Source: a virus | Taxonomy: Duplodnaviria > Caudoviricetes | Reading direction: 5' to 3' (one strand) | Length of the DNA stretch: 64,000 nucleotides | Virus record (IMG/VR): IMGVR_UViG_2643221929_000003 | Coordinates: 7,225 to 71,224 of that record | Part shown: piece after piece, positions 28,876 through 38,759 of the stretch | Layout: the number at the start of each line of letters is the position of its first letter | Position numbering within the stretch: the first letter of the stretch is position 1 | The notes under the pieces: model-generated | Databases searched by the model: none | What the model was told of the DNA's origin: nothing | The model's input: the letters and a program-made list of their open reading frames with translations, nothing else | Position numbers and translations under genes: made by a program

Positions 28876-29553
28876 ATGGCCAGCCTGGCGACCCGCCTCA
28901 CCGACCTCACCACCCGCATCGCCACCGAGTTCAAGTCGCTGCGCACGCTGGTCAACGGCAACGCGAGCACGAACGCCGCCCTGAAGACGACCGCCAAGGG
29001 CAACCTGGTGGCGGCGATCAACGAGCTGTTCGACAAGGCGGCCGGCGCCGGCAGCGGCGACATGCTGAAGTCGACCTACGACACGAACGGCGACGGCACC
29101 GTCGACCGGGCGGCGTCGGCCGCCTCGGCGGACGCGGTCGCGTGGGGCAACGTCTCGAACAAGCCCGCCAGCTTCCCGCCGAGCGCGCACGACGCCTCGC
29201 TGATCACCTCCGGCACCATCGACCCGGCCCGCCTGCCGGTGATCGCCTCCCAGATCCAGGTGGCGTCCTCGGGCGATCTGACCGCGCTGACGGCCGCGCA
29301 GCAGAGCACCATCGGCCAGGGCACTGTGGTCACCACAACGGACGGCTTCCGGTGGGTCTACTCGGGCTCGGGCTCGAAGACCGCCGCGGGCAGCTACATC
29401 CAGCTGGCCGACATCACCCCGGAGTGGGCGGCCATCGCGAACCGGCCCACCAGCATCTCCGGCTACGGCATCACCGACGCCTACACCAAGTCGGAGATCG
29501 GCAACCCGGACACCGACCTGGTGACCATCTTCGAGACGGGGCTCGCGGCGTAA
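28876..29553 (+). CDS. Fibre-like virion protein (head or tail fibre)
   Basis: ATG 28876 with AGAGGA RBS; LxTTAKxNLVAAINE, GDMLKSTYDTNGDG, WxxxxNKP and GYGITDAY fibre motifs. Confidence 0.7.
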   Translation: MASLATRLTDLTTRIATEFKSLRTLVNGNASTNAALKTTAKGNLVAAINELFDKAAGAGSGDMLKSTYDTNGDGTVDRAASAASADAVAWGNVSNKPASFPPSAHDASLITSGTIDPARLPVIASQIQVASSGDLTALTAAQQSTIGQGTVVTTTDGFRWVYSGSGSKTAAGSYIQLADITPEWAAIANRPTSISGYGITDAYTKSEIGNPDTDLVTIFETGLAA

Positions 29554-29554
29554 G

Positions 29555-30154
29555 ATGTCCTCGCTGGCCGAGCGACTGATCCTGTTCTCCCAGCGGATGC
29601 AGGCTCAGTACAATAACAAGATCGCACCCCGCCTCCTCCCCCCGGGAGGGGCGGGCGGCATGATGCTGATCCGGGCCAGCGATGCGGCCAACTCCTTCGG
29701 CTGGGCGATCCCTGCGATCCTTCCGCAGACGCACTTCTGCGACGTGTCGGGCCAGGGCGTGAAGCCCTACGTGACGGACGGCAACACGGCCTGGCCGCGC
29801 GTCCCGATGAACCAGAAGACGGCGGATGCGGAGAACCTCTTCGACGGGCCCAGCAACTGGTACGTGGTCCCGGAGACGGGGCTCTACCTGATCAACGCCT
29901 CCTTCCGCCCGCCGGACGGAAGCGGCAAGCAGTACGAGTTCGGGTTCGGCGTCCACACCGCGCAGGGCGACGGCCCCCACTTCCTCTGGACCTTCCGGCC
30001 GAACGCCTCGCGCTACACCGCCAGCTACGCGCGGATCGCGAAATGCACGGCCGGCGATAAGCTGCGGATGTTCATCTACACGGACTACCAGGTGTGGGAG
30101 CAGACCGTGTCGACTGCGGCGATGCAGATCGGCATGATCTCGAACAAGGTCTGA
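29555..30154 (+). CDS. Fibre protein with C1q/TNF-like C-terminal domain
   Basis: YVVPETGLYLINAS...AGDKL C1q-like pattern. Confidence 0.6.
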   Translation: MSSLAERLILFSQRMQAQYNNKIAPRLLPPGGAGGMMLIRASDAANSFGWAIPAILPQTHFCDVSGQGVKPYVTDGNTAWPRVPMNQKTADAENLFDGPSNWYVVPETGLYLINASFRPPDGSGKQYEFGFGVHTAQGDGPHFLWTFRPNASRYTASYARIAKCTAGDKLRMFIYTDYQVWEQTVSTAAMQIGMISNKV

Positions 30155-30279
30155 TGTTCGGGACCCTCACAGAACCCACCGTCTGGGTCGTGGTGATCGT
30201 CGCCTGCTCGGTAGTCGCCTGGGTCGCCGACCGGCAGGCGCGATTGGACGAAACGGACCGTGACGGCTAGAACGCCGGC

Positions 30280-30498
30280 ATGAGTGAGAGTGCCAAGATC
30301 ATCCCGTTCCGAGGCGCCAAGCCGATGCCGAAGCCGCCTGCCGGCGCTGACCAGCATCCGCTGCCATGGCGCCACGAGGGTGGCTTCGTCTTCGACGCCA
30401 ACAACCGCCTCGTAGGCAGCACGGTGCAGCAAGCGACGGCAGAGTGGCTCACCAAGGCCGTCAACTCGCAGCTGGAGCCGGACCACCTCGACAGCTGA
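30280..30498 (+). CDS. Hypothetical protein
   Basis: 72 aa with KIIPF phage motif; preceded by a degenerate motif A (30245-30259). Confidence 0.5.
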   Translation: MSESAKIIPFRGAKPMPKPPAGADQHPLPWRHEGGFVFDANNRLVGSTVQQATAEWLTKAVNSQLEPDHLDS

Positions 30499-30535
30499 AA
30501 CGCGAGAGGCCGGCGGTCACCCGCCGGCCCCTGTC

Positions 30536-30775
30536 TCACTCCTCGATGATCACACCAAGGGCTGTGAGCTGACGGTCCAGTTCGGACAGTCGATCCTCGA
30601 AGTAGGGGACCAGCCCGGCTGCCGCCGCCTCCGCGATGGCCTGCTCCTGGGCCATGCCGTGGAAGTGGACGTTGAAGTAGCGGGTGTCCGGGTTCCGTAC
30701 GGCGCTCAGCTTCGACACGACGTCGCTGCGCTCCTTGGTGAGCTGGTTCACCGCGTACAGGTTTTCGAGCTTCAT
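30536..30775 (-). CDS. Hypothetical protein (paralog of next gene)
   Basis: MKLENLYAVNQLTKER...LTALGV; ATGA overlap. Confidence 0.65.
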   Translation of the reverse strand: MKLENLYAVNQLTKERSDVVSKLSAVRNPDTRYFNVHFHGMAQEQAIAEAAAAGLVPYFEDRLSELDRQLTALGVIIEE

Positions 30776-31065
30776 CGCCGCCGGTCCTCCACCATCACAC
30801 CGCGGTCCGGCTTGGCCGGATGAACCGGCCCGTCGTCCGCGTCGACCCCGAGGTCTTCCAGCGCCTTGGTGTTTACCACGAGCTGGTCGTTGTAGAGCTG
30901 GCTGATGGCGCGCAGGCATGCCTGCCGGACCGCGCCCTGCGCCTCGCTCCCCTGGATCTGCACCTTGATGTCCTCGTCCCCGAGCGCGGCGGCGATGCTG
31001 GTGCGCAGCCGCTCGCGCTCCTTCATCAGCTGGTCGACCCGGTAGCGCTGAGAGAGCTTCATCAC
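30772..31065 (-). CDS. Hypothetical protein (paralog of previous gene)
   Basis: MKLSQRYRVDQLMKER...LEDLGV. Confidence 0.65.
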   Translation of the reverse strand: MMKLSQRYRVDQLMKERERLRTSIAAALGDEDIKVQIQGSEAQGAVRQACLRAISQLYNDQLVVNTKALEDLGVDADDGPVHPAKPDRGVMVEDRRR

Positions 31066-31508
31066 GCGGCCCTCCCCACGCCGGTCGAGCCGAAGCCGCC
31101 GGTGCCTCGCGCCGTCTCGTCGAGGCTGTCGACCTCCTCGAACACGGCCCGCGCCACCGGCACGATCACGCCCTGCGCGACCCGGTCGCCCGGGTTGACC
31201 ACGAAGGCGCGCTCGGTCGCGTGCAGGATCACGCCGATGCCACCCCGGTAGTCGGCGTCGATGACGCCCGGCCCGTTGTGGACCGTCACGCCGCTCTTGG
31301 CCGACAGCCCGGACCGCGGGCAGACCAGCAGGGCGAGCCCCACCGGCAGCGCGATGGCGATCCCGGTGGGGATCAGCGCCCGGCCACCGGCCTCGATGCG
31401 GACCGGCGCCGGGATGTCGGCATGGAGATCCATGCCGGCCGCCTGGTCGGACCCGTAGGTCGGGATGATCGCGGTCTCGGTGAGCCGCTTCAGCTTGATC
31501 GACGTCAC
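31062..31508 (-). CDS. dut: dUTPase
   Basis: AAGMDL, PRSGLS, GVIDADYRG, RVAQ, RGTGGFGSTG motifs. Confidence 0.95.
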   Translation of the reverse strand: MTSIKLKRLTETAIIPTYGSDQAAGMDLHADIPAPVRIEAGGRALIPTGIAIALPVGLALLVCPRSGLSAKSGVTVHNGPGVIDADYRGGIGVILHATERAFVVNPGDRVAQGVIVPVARAVFEEVDSLDETARGTGGFGSTGVGRAA

Positions 31509-32074
31509 GACTTCTTCTCCGGCGGCTGGTTGAAGGTGAGATCGCGGACGGGGAGCTGCTGCCCCGGCGGCTGGTCGGGGTAGCGGAAGCGGTCGTCCTG
31601 GCCCCGGCTCTTGTCGAAGAACTCGATCAGGATCATCACATTGAAGGCGATGTGAGCCAGGTGAGGTAGAGCGCTCTCCGGGTCACAGTCTTCGCCCTCC
31701 CGGAACGCATCGACGTGGCGCTGGAGACTGTCGATGGCCGACGTCCAGCTGCCGCCCTTGCGCCAGTTGTTGGCGTTGTACTTGATCGCCCCGTATTCGA
31801 GCACCGCCGCCGTGTACCGGCCGAGGCTCGCCGGGATGAGCGTCATGCGGTGCTTGCCGGAGTTGAAGCGGTCCATGCCATCGACGGTACGGTCCGTACC
31901 GTCAACTGCGGGCACAGCAATGCCCTCCATGATCTTCTCGGCGTGCTCCTGGGTGATGGGTCCAGCCGGCGCGGTCAGCTCCTGGATGCGCTCCAGCGCG
32001 GGATCCGGGCCGCAGCTCGGCGCGTCGTCCGGTCCTGGCAGCTTGCGGATCATGAACTCTGGTTCGTCGGCCAT
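31505..32074 (-). CDS. DUF5664-like dATP/dGTP diphosphohydrolase domain protein
   Basis: K..MTLIP...VLEYGAIKY..NNWRKG...SLQRH...GED.DPES.LPHLAHIAFN pattern; start 32074. Confidence 0.8.
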   Translation of the reverse strand: MADEPEFMIRKLPGPDDAPSCGPDPALERIQELTAPAGPITQEHAEKIMEGIAVPAVDGTDRTVDGMDRFNSGKHRMTLIPASLGRYTAAVLEYGAIKYNANNWRKGGSWTSAIDSLQRHVDAFREGEDCDPESALPHLAHIAFNVMILIEFFDKSRGQDDRFRYPDQPPGQQLPVRDLTFNQPPEKKS

Positions 32075-32652
32075 CAGATGAGGTCCTCTTTGAAGAGCTG
32101 GTAGAAGCGCCGCGTCCACGACACCGCGGCGATCTCCGGGGTCACGGGCACGATGTGGATGCCGAGCTTGTTCTCCTCGGCGATCTCCCGGTCGGCGGGG
32201 TCCATGTGCTCGAACATGAACAGGCGCTCGTCGAACGAGATGGCTGTGTCGGCGTCCTTGATCGCCTCGAACGCCCACATGGGGATGCCGTACACGACGC
32301 TGATCCGGGCGATCATGCAGGCGTCGGCCGCCTCGATGCCGGGGCACATCCGCTTGATCGGCCGCGGGATCTCCCCGGTCCACATCTCCGGCACGTCGTG
32401 CATGAGCGCGGCGCGCTTCCGGTGCAGGCAGTCACCGACAAGGTGGGACAGGAGGAGCGAGTGCTGGGCGACGTTGACGGCGCGCTCGCCGGCACCACCG
32501 TAGCGGTTCAGGCGGGACAGGGCGCGGCCGATCAGTGGCGGCGGCAGGTCGTCGGCCTCGAAGTGGTAGGCGTCGATGCGCCGACCGGAGCCGAAGTAGA
32601 CCTGGGGGCCCGGGAACGGGCACGCGGGGGCGGGTGTGGCGACCTGGATCAC
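32074..32652 (-). CDS. HD-domain phosphohydrolase (YfbR/deoxynucleotidase-like)
   Basis: ALSRLNRYGG, VAQHS, ALMHDVPEMWTGEIPRPIK motifs. Confidence 0.85.
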   Translation of the reverse strand: MIQVATPAPACPFPGPQVYFGSGRRIDAYHFEADDLPPPLIGRALSRLNRYGGAGERAVNVAQHSLLLSHLVGDCLHRKRAALMHDVPEMWTGEIPRPIKRMCPGIEAADACMIARISVVYGIPMWAFEAIKDADTAISFDERLFMFEHMDPADREIAEENKLGIHIVPVTPEIAAVSWTRRFYQLFKEDLI

Positions 32653-32972
32653 GACCGCGCCTCCGTGAAATACGGCCGGGGGCCGGCAGGCACCCGACGC
32701 GGACGGCTGTAGAGCTGGGTCCAGCCGTCCTTCGTGGTGCAGGTCACCATCTCGTGGGTGCCGGCCTCGTAGCGGGCACGGGCCTGCTGGATCCGAGCGC
32801 GCACCGCTGGTGGCCAGGGATCGCCGACCGGCTTCACCGCGACCAGGAAGTCTTCCCAGCCGGGCCGGGCCGGCGCCGGCCGGCCTGTCGGCCGGCGGAC
32901 GCCGTCGTCCACTGGTGGGGCGTCGGCTGCGCGGATGCGCAGGCCCATCGCCCGAAGTTGACGGTTTACCAC
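32649..32972 (-). CDS. Hypothetical protein
   Basis: 107 aa, tightly packed in operon. Confidence 0.55.
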   Translation of the reverse strand: MVNRQLRAMGLRIRAADAPPVDDGVRRPTGRPAPARPGWEDFLVAVKPVGDPWPPAVRARIQQARARYEAGTHEMVTCTTKDGWTQLYSRPRRVPAGPRPYFTEARS

Positions 32973-32973
32973 C

Positions 32974-34908
32974 TCAGTTCTCCAGCGTGATGACCCGCGA
33001 GCAGGCGGGGCGCTTGTGGGTGATGACCAGGATCTGGCTGAGCTTGCCCTCCAGGGCGCACAGGGCGTCGTGGAGGTGGCCGGCCCGGTCGTTGTCCATG
33101 GACGCGTCCATCTCGTCCCCCATGAAGACGGGGAAGACGCCGTTGGTCAGGATGCGGCCAAGGCCCAGGCGGACAGCCAGGTTCGCGCACACCTTGCCGG
33201 AGCCCGACAGGGTGTTGAGCGGCTGCCCGTCCACCTGGATCTCGAAGTCCTCGTCGACCGCGATCCGGCCGCGCGCACCGCCGGTCATCTGGTTGAGCAG
33301 ATGCGAGGCGACGCGCGAGAGCGCGGGCACGAGGTACGTCTTGGTGTCGGCACGCAGGTCGTTCATGGCCTGCTTGCCGTTGCGCCAGCTCTCCAGCTCG
33401 CGCCGGAGATCGGTGAGCCGGTCGCGGCCCTGCGCCCAGTCGGCGAAGGAGCGCTGGTAGGTCGCCAGCTGGGCGTCGTAGACCTGCACGGCTGCCAGCA
33501 GGGTCTCAGCCTGCGCCAGCCGGTCCGCGGAGGCGACGGCGCGCGCGGCGGCCAGCGTGTCCCGCACCGAGGCCGCCTCGGCCTCCCAGGCCGCATGGCG
33601 GGCCGCACAGCCGTCCCGGGCGGCGCACACCGCCTGGTAGGCCCGCAGCTCGCCGGCCAGGGCCTGGATCTCCATCCGGCTCTTGCCGTCCACGCCCAAC
33701 TCGCGGAGCGCCTTCTGCACGTCATCGACGTGGACGGCGCCCTTGGCCTCGCGCGGGTCGTGGACTAGCTCGGCCGCCGGCTGGACGCCCTCCAGCTCCT
33801 CCCATTGGGCCAGAACCTCCGAGGTCCAGCGCTTCAGGGCAGCCAGCTCGGTGTCGAGGTCGAAGCCCGGATCCGGGCGGTCGAGGCCGCCCAGCTCGGC
33901 CGCCACCCGGGCGATCTCCGCATCGGCCGTGGTGAACGGCTTCCCGCAGGGGCACAGGATCTCCGGCGTCTGCTTGAGGCGCTTCAGATCGCGGATCAGA
34001 CCCTGCGCCTGCTGCTCGGCCGCCGCTTGCTCGCGGGTGAGCGCCGGCCGGGGGAAGTAGCGCTCGACGAACCGCTGCCGGCGTTCCCACCGCTCCATCG
34101 CCACTGCGGCCAGCTCGGCGTCGGCCAGGTTAAAGTCGTAGGTGCGCAGACCGAGGATCTGGTCGGCCTTCTCCAGGGTCGCCAGCGGGATGTCGGTGGG
34201 CGCCGGGCCCACCACCGGCACCACCGGCTCGTTGGCCAGGAACGCCTCGGCCCGGACCACCGCGTCGGCGGCGTCCCGGAGCTGGCGCACCAGCTCGTGC
34301 AGCTCGCCGGCCGGCCAGTAGCCCTCCGGCTGCACCGGCTTCACCGGCTCCGCGCCCAGGCCCGCCTCCAGGCCGGCGATCTCGCGCGACAGGCCCAGCG
34401 CCTGCTCGCCGCACCAGCTGGCGATGGCCTCGATCTGGTCGGCGCCGATCAGCTTGTCGACCATGGCCTTGCGCTCGGTCGGCAGCATCTTCGACAGGCG
34501 CTCGGCGTCGCCCTGGTTCGCGACGTTCGCTACCCGGAACACGTCCAGGCCGTAGCCCAGGATCTTCAGCAGCAGGGCGTTGACCGGCTTGGTGCCGACC
34601 GCGAGCGGCCCGGTCTCGGTGCCGAGCGAGGCGTTCTTCGCCGTGCGCTCGATGTAGTAGCGCTCGCCCCGGATCAGGACGGTGCCGGAGGCCTTCAGGT
34701 GCTTGTAGTCGGCCGCCGCGCCACGGAGCGCCTTGTTCCCGAAGAGCAGGAACTCGATCATCTCTAGGCACAGCGACTTGCCGACCTCGTTCGGGCCGAC
34801 GATGCCGGTCATGCCGGCCTTGAAGTCGATGGTGCGGTCGAAGTGCCGGCCGAGGGGGAAGTGGTCGGTCGGCGGGAACCTAACCGTAAACGCGATTTGC
34901 TCGATCAT
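32974..34908 (-). CDS. SbcC/Rad50-like SMC ATPase
   Basis: Walker A GPNEVGKS, CPCG zinc hook, LSGSGK signature, FMGDE Walker B, ITH. Confidence 0.9.
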   Translation of the reverse strand: MIEQIAFTVRFPPTDHFPLGRHFDRTIDFKAGMTGIVGPNEVGKSLCLEMIEFLLFGNKALRGAAADYKHLKASGTVLIRGERYYIERTAKNASLGTETGPLAVGTKPVNALLLKILGYGLDVFRVANVANQGDAERLSKMLPTERKAMVDKLIGADQIEAIASWCGEQALGLSREIAGLEAGLGAEPVKPVQPEGYWPAGELHELVRQLRDAADAVVRAEAFLANEPVVPVVGPAPTDIPLATLEKADQILGLRTYDFNLADAELAAVAMERWERRQRFVERYFPRPALTREQAAAEQQAQGLIRDLKRLKQTPEILCPCGKPFTTADAEIARVAAELGGLDRPDPGFDLDTELAALKRWTSEVLAQWEELEGVQPAAELVHDPREAKGAVHVDDVQKALRELGVDGKSRMEIQALAGELRAYQAVCAARDGCAARHAAWEAEAASVRDTLAAARAVASADRLAQAETLLAAVQVYDAQLATYQRSFADWAQGRDRLTDLRRELESWRNGKQAMNDLRADTKTYLVPALSRVASHLLNQMTGGARGRIAVDEDFEIQVDGQPLNTLSGSGKVCANLAVRLGLGRILTNGVFPVFMGDEMDASMDNDRAGHLHDALCALEGKLSQILVITHKRPACSRVITLEN

Positions 34909-35101
34909 AGTGCGCCTGCAGAATAGGGGCCTTGCCAAGCGAGCGGAACGTGTCCTTCAGACGGTTCAACGCCTTGGTCGCGGCCAGATCATTGTGGATC
35001 ACGTCGAGCGCAGCCTCGAACTCTGCGTCTCCACGAGCGGCGTGCTTGCAGAGGAAGGCCAGCATGGCCAGCTCGTCTTGAGTGAACTGGACGTCCTTCA
35101 T
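34880..35101 (-). CDS. Hypothetical protein
   Basis: MKDVQFTQDELAML..., fills the gap between the SbcD- and SbcC-like genes. Confidence 0.45.
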   Translation of the reverse strand: MKDVQFTQDELAMLAFLCKHAARGDAEFEAALDVIHNDLAATKALNRLKDTFRSLGKAPILQAHYDRANRVYG

Positions 35102-35129
35102 CAGGAGGCCCAGTCCGACCTGGTAGAAG

Positions 35130-36104
35130 TTACCCGTCACGACCGAACACCTCGGAAAGGCGCTCGTCGATCTGAGCGCGGACCTCTGGGATGATGTCGT
35201 GGGCATCGAGCGCCTCGCGCGCGGCTGCGCTGGTGTCGAAGCCCTCCATCGAGATGTCGGCGGGGGCCTCGTCGTCCTCGCCCTTCACCCGCTCGATGTT
35301 CCAGGACAGGCAGGCCGGCGGCTCGCCGTCGAACTGCTCACCGGGCGCGAGCTGCAGCCGGACGACGGTGTTCGACAGGTCGCCGGCAGCCTCCAGCTCG
35401 GCCAGCGTCAGGGTGGCATATCGGATATGGCCCTGGCCGCCGTCCTCGCCCTGCGCGTAGGGCTGCATCGAGCCCACGACGTCCACCAGGACGCCGTCCC
35501 GGGTGAAGGTGGTGGGGAGGTGGACGTGGCCGGTGTAGGCCCGGGTGATCCCGGCGGCAGCGAGCGCCTTCGTCGGGATCAGGTTGTGGCCGGACGTCCG
35601 GGGATCGACGTCCCAGTGGCCGTAGGCGACGGTGCAGCCCTGCTCGCGCATGAGCCAGGCCGCCTTCTCCACCATGGCCTCGGCCGGCTCGACCGGATCC
35701 CAGGGGAACAGAGTGAAGTGCGGACCGACGAGGACGTCGGTGACCGGCTTCACGTTCGGCAGCACCAGCATCAGCCGGCAGAAGATGTCCCAGGCGGTGA
35801 CCTCGCCGAGGTCCCGGCTGTCGTCGTGATTGCCCTGGAGGATGTAGTAGGTGGTGCCCGGGTTCAGCTGCGCCGCCGTGGTGTAGGCGGTGGCGGCGAA
35901 GGCCAGGTCCTCGTAGGAGACCTGCGGCTTGTCGAACAGGTCGCCCATGGTGATGTGCGCCTTGAGCCCGTCGACCGACAGGTGCCGGTTCAGGTCGAGG
36001 CGGACCAGGTTCTCGCGCTCGCCCCGGCGGTCGAGCGGCACGCCCTTGAGGAAACGGCGACCCAGGTGCGGGTCGCCGAGGCGGTAGATCTCATCGTCAC
36101 GCAT
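35130..36104 (-). CDS. SbcD/Mre11-like metallophosphoesterase nuclease
   Basis: GDPHLG, GDLFD, GNHD, GHVH motifs. Confidence 0.9.
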   Translation of the reverse strand: MRDDEIYRLGDPHLGRRFLKGVPLDRRGERENLVRLDLNRHLSVDGLKAHITMGDLFDKPQVSYEDLAFAATAYTTAAQLNPGTTYYILQGNHDDSRDLGEVTAWDIFCRLMLVLPNVKPVTDVLVGPHFTLFPWDPVEPAEAMVEKAAWLMREQGCTVAYGHWDVDPRTSGHNLIPTKALAAAGITRAYTGHVHLPTTFTRDGVLVDVVGSMQPYAQGEDGGQGHIRYATLTLAELEAAGDLSNTVVRLQLAPGEQFDGEPPACLSWNIERVKGEDDEAPADISMEGFDTSAAAREALDAHDIIPEVRAQIDERLSEVFGRDG

Positions 36105-36762
36105 TGAAGATGGCCCGGATCTGGTAGAGGCAGTCGTGCAGCGCGTTGTGCGCGTCCCCGACCGGCTCGATGGTTTTCCAGAACTCGCGACGGTTCTCGT
36201 GTCCCCGGCCCAGCAGATAACTGTTCAGGTCGATGGCCTCGCGATAGTGAAACGGCTGCATCAGGCCGTACTGTCGGAAGTACGAGCCGATGAAGTTGAA
36301 GTCGAACGTGGTTGGCTTGCCCCAAAATGCTCTGGGACACAGGCTCGAACCTTCGGCGACCCAGTCCCAGAACGCCTTGATGACGATCTGCGGCGGCTCG
36401 GCGCGCGAGAGGATGCCGCGCAGCACGTCCGGCTGGTTCATCCACCAGTCGCGGGTGTCCTCGGCCCAATAGCGGCCGGGCGGGACCTGCAGGGCCCGGT
36501 CGAAGAACTTCGGGTCGATCTCCTTCGTGTGCCGGTTGAAGCGCACGGCAGCGATCTGGATCAGCGCGTTCTCCTCCGGGTTGGTCCCGGTGGTCTCCAC
36601 GTCGATCATGTAGTCGAACATCGGCGCGCCGGGCTGCGGCTGGAAGGCCGTGCGGTGCTCACGCTCGATGGCCACCTCGTTCGGCCCGATCTGGACCAGC
36701 TCTTCCTTCACCACAGTGGGCGGCTTCCCGCGGGGGTCTGCTCCGTCGTACATTGGAAGCAC
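36097..36762 (-). CDS. DEDDh 3'-5' exonuclease
   Basis: MIDVETTG, FDFNF, HNALHDC motifs. Confidence 0.85.
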   Translation of the reverse strand: MLPMYDGADPRGKPPTVVKEELVQIGPNEVAIEREHRTAFQPQPGAPMFDYMIDVETTGTNPEENALIQIAAVRFNRHTKEIDPKFFDRALQVPPGRYWAEDTRDWWMNQPDVLRGILSRAEPPQIVIKAFWDWVAEGSSLCPRAFWGKPTTFDFNFIGSYFRQYGLMQPFHYREAIDLNSYLLGRGHENRREFWKTIEPVGDAHNALHDCLYQIRAIFNA

Positions 36763-37166
36763 CTCATCTCGTCCCAGCTCAGCGACTTGCGGCCGGTGTC
36801 ATTCTGGTGAGCCCGGATCCGAGACATGGCGAGTAGATACCAGTCGTCGGTCTCCAGGCGGTGGACCAGCACCAAGTATCCGCCGCCGGCCGCAACGATG
36901 CGGGCGCCGTGAGCATTCTGCCCCTTCTTGAGGAGCTTGAACTCGAACAGGGTTGGGTGCTGGGTCGACTTGACTTCGCAGAAGAAGGTCTGACCCTTCA
37001 CCGCGCAGATGTAGTCCGATGGGGTAGCGTCCATGCCGGCGCCGACCCGGCCGGTCAGGCCCCGCACCGCGGCGGCGTCCTTGATCCGGTAGAAGTAGCC
37101 CGCCTTGCCCAGCGCCGCGATGGACGCCTCGAAGCGGGCCTCGGTTGGTTTGCCGGTGTTCTTCAT
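36708..37166 (-). CDS. PD-(D/E)xK endonuclease, RecU-like Holliday junction resolvase
   Basis: GKPTE...PSDY...CEVKST motif. Confidence 0.75.
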   Translation of the reverse strand: MKNTGKPTEARFEASIAALGKAGYFYRIKDAAAVRGLTGRVGAGMDATPSDYICAVKGQTFFCEVKSTQHPTLFEFKLLKKGQNAHGARIVAAGGGYLVLVHRLETDDWYLLAMSRIRAHQNDTGRKSLSWDEMRCFQCTTEQTPAGSRPLW

Positions 37167-37169
37167 GAC

Positions 37170-37184
37170 GGTACGTTTCGTACC
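37170..37184. promoter_or_regulatory. Motif A operator GGTACG-TTT-CGTACC
   Basis: 3 bp upstream of the resolvase ATG. Confidence 0.75.
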
Positions 37185-37379
37185 GAACTACTAGCACGCA
37201 CGCAAGCGCAGATTGGTGCCCGGTCAGACCTTTCACATCACCTGTGAGATGCGGTCGGTATCCTTAAGTGGCCTTCAGCATAATTCTAACGTTGATAGTC
37301 CAACGTTCCCAACTATGGAGTTGATTTACTGCCGATAGGCAATCTGACTAAGCGCGATGGTAATAAGGATCTATAAAGC

Positions 37380-37835
37380 ATGATTTGGGCTTCACTCATA
37401 TCCGTCGCGACCTTGATAATATCTACAAACAAGGCATTCACCGACGCGATCTTAATTCGCTCAAAATCTGAGCCGGAAAAAGCAAATGAACTGACCAAAT
37501 TTTCGGTCAATATATTTCTGCTTGCTTCAGTTATTGCATTCAACGCTGGTGTATTTGCAGTTTGGTGGCATTTCGGTGGATCACTGTTACGGCTAAATCT
37601 CGCTACCGTTGCTTACATCGCCGCTCTGCTCGCTTTCGTCGCACCGATAATATGGTGGGGCATTAAACCTCAGATGCTTCCTTTTGGAGACTGGTTATCA
37701 ATTAAAGCTCTCGGCCGAGTATGTGGCGCTGATCGAGCAGTGATATTGGGGCGCACAGCGCTGTGCTTTGCGCAGATCGCTAGCACCATCTATGTTATTA
37801 CCGAGTATGTGGTTGCAAACCGCATACTCGGTTGA
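37380..37835 (+). CDS. AT-rich moron: multi-pass membrane protein
   Basis: 151 aa, about 4 hydrophobic segments, antisense to replication arm, lower GC. Confidence 0.6.
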   Translation: MIWASLISVATLIISTNKAFTDAILIRSKSEPEKANELTKFSVNIFLLASVIAFNAGVFAVWWHFGGSLLRLNLATVAYIAALLAFVAPIIWWGIKPQMLPFGDWLSIKALGRVCGADRAVILGRTALCFAQIASTIYVITEYVVANRILG

Positions 37836-37865
37836 TGTCCCAGTGTCGGCTTGAAGATTTCGACA

Positions 37866-38759
37866 CTACTTGGCCAGAGCGCGCTCACCCGCGAGGGTCT
37901 TCCGGTACTGGATCCAGCCGGTCAGGTTGCCGTGGAGCTTCGGGTGCTCCCACACCGGCTCACCGTCAGCGTCACGGCCGATGATCCGGTCCGGCGTCGC
38001 CTGGTGCTCGGCCGGCGAGGCGTGCATCGGCCGGGCGGCGACGAGCGCATCGTGGCGCGCCTCCTCCTCCTCGGGCGTCAGCTTCGCCTCGTGGAACGGC
38101 GTGTAGCTGACCTGCGCGCAGCGGGTCACCGACTGCTTCACCCGGCGGTGCTGCGGGCCGTGGAAGGTGGGCCGCTCCCCGGGCTTGGTGACGTAGGGGA
38201 GGTGCCACTGGCCCGGGTCCAGTATCTGCGCCGGGCCGAAGTCCTCGACGGCCTCCTTCATCGCCACCGCCAGGTCCCGGATGTGGGGCTCGGCCGCCTT
38301 GTCGTCCCGGAGCGCGTTCCAGTTCGACAGGTCGACGGTGGTGAGCACCACGTCGATGTGCAGGAACGGGGCGAGGAGCCGGTTGGCGGTCTGCTTGTGG
38401 TAGCCGGCCTCTGCGAAGGCCTCGGCCACCTGGGCGGCGGCGTCCCGCGCATCGAGCCACGCCCGCTCGCGGCACTGCCACCGGCCGTTGGAGAGGACCT
38501 GGGCGTCATGCTCGGCGCCGGCCTGCATGCCCTTCTGGTTGGCGCCCCAGTAGCGGGGCACGAACGGATTGGTCCGCACCTCCTCCAGCATACGCGCGGT
38601 CGGCACGGCCCGGCTGGACCGGGCGTTCCGGGAGAACACCCGGTGGGTCATCAGCTCCGCGTGGATCTGCAGCGGGTAGCGGAGCTGGAAGGTGGTGAGC
38701 GGCGGTGCGTCCTCGCCGACCGAGCGGCGCAGCACCTTGGCTTCGATCTTACACGTCAT
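37866..38759 (-). CDS. thyX: Flavin-dependent thymidylate synthase
   Basis: ELMTHRVFSRNARSSR ThyX motif; HASPAEHQA. Confidence 0.9.
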   Translation of the reverse strand: MTCKIEAKVLRRSVGEDAPPLTTFQLRYPLQIHAELMTHRVFSRNARSSRAVPTARMLEEVRTNPFVPRYWGANQKGMQAGAEHDAQVLSNGRWQCRERAWLDARDAAAQVAEAFAEAGYHKQTANRLLAPFLHIDVVLTTVDLSNWNALRDDKAAEPHIRDLAVAMKEAVEDFGPAQILDPGQWHLPYVTKPGERPTFHGPQHRRVKQSVTRCAQVSYTPFHEAKLTPEEEEARHDALVAARPMHASPAEHQATPDRIIGRDADGEPVWEHPKLHGNLTGWIQYRKTLAGERALAK

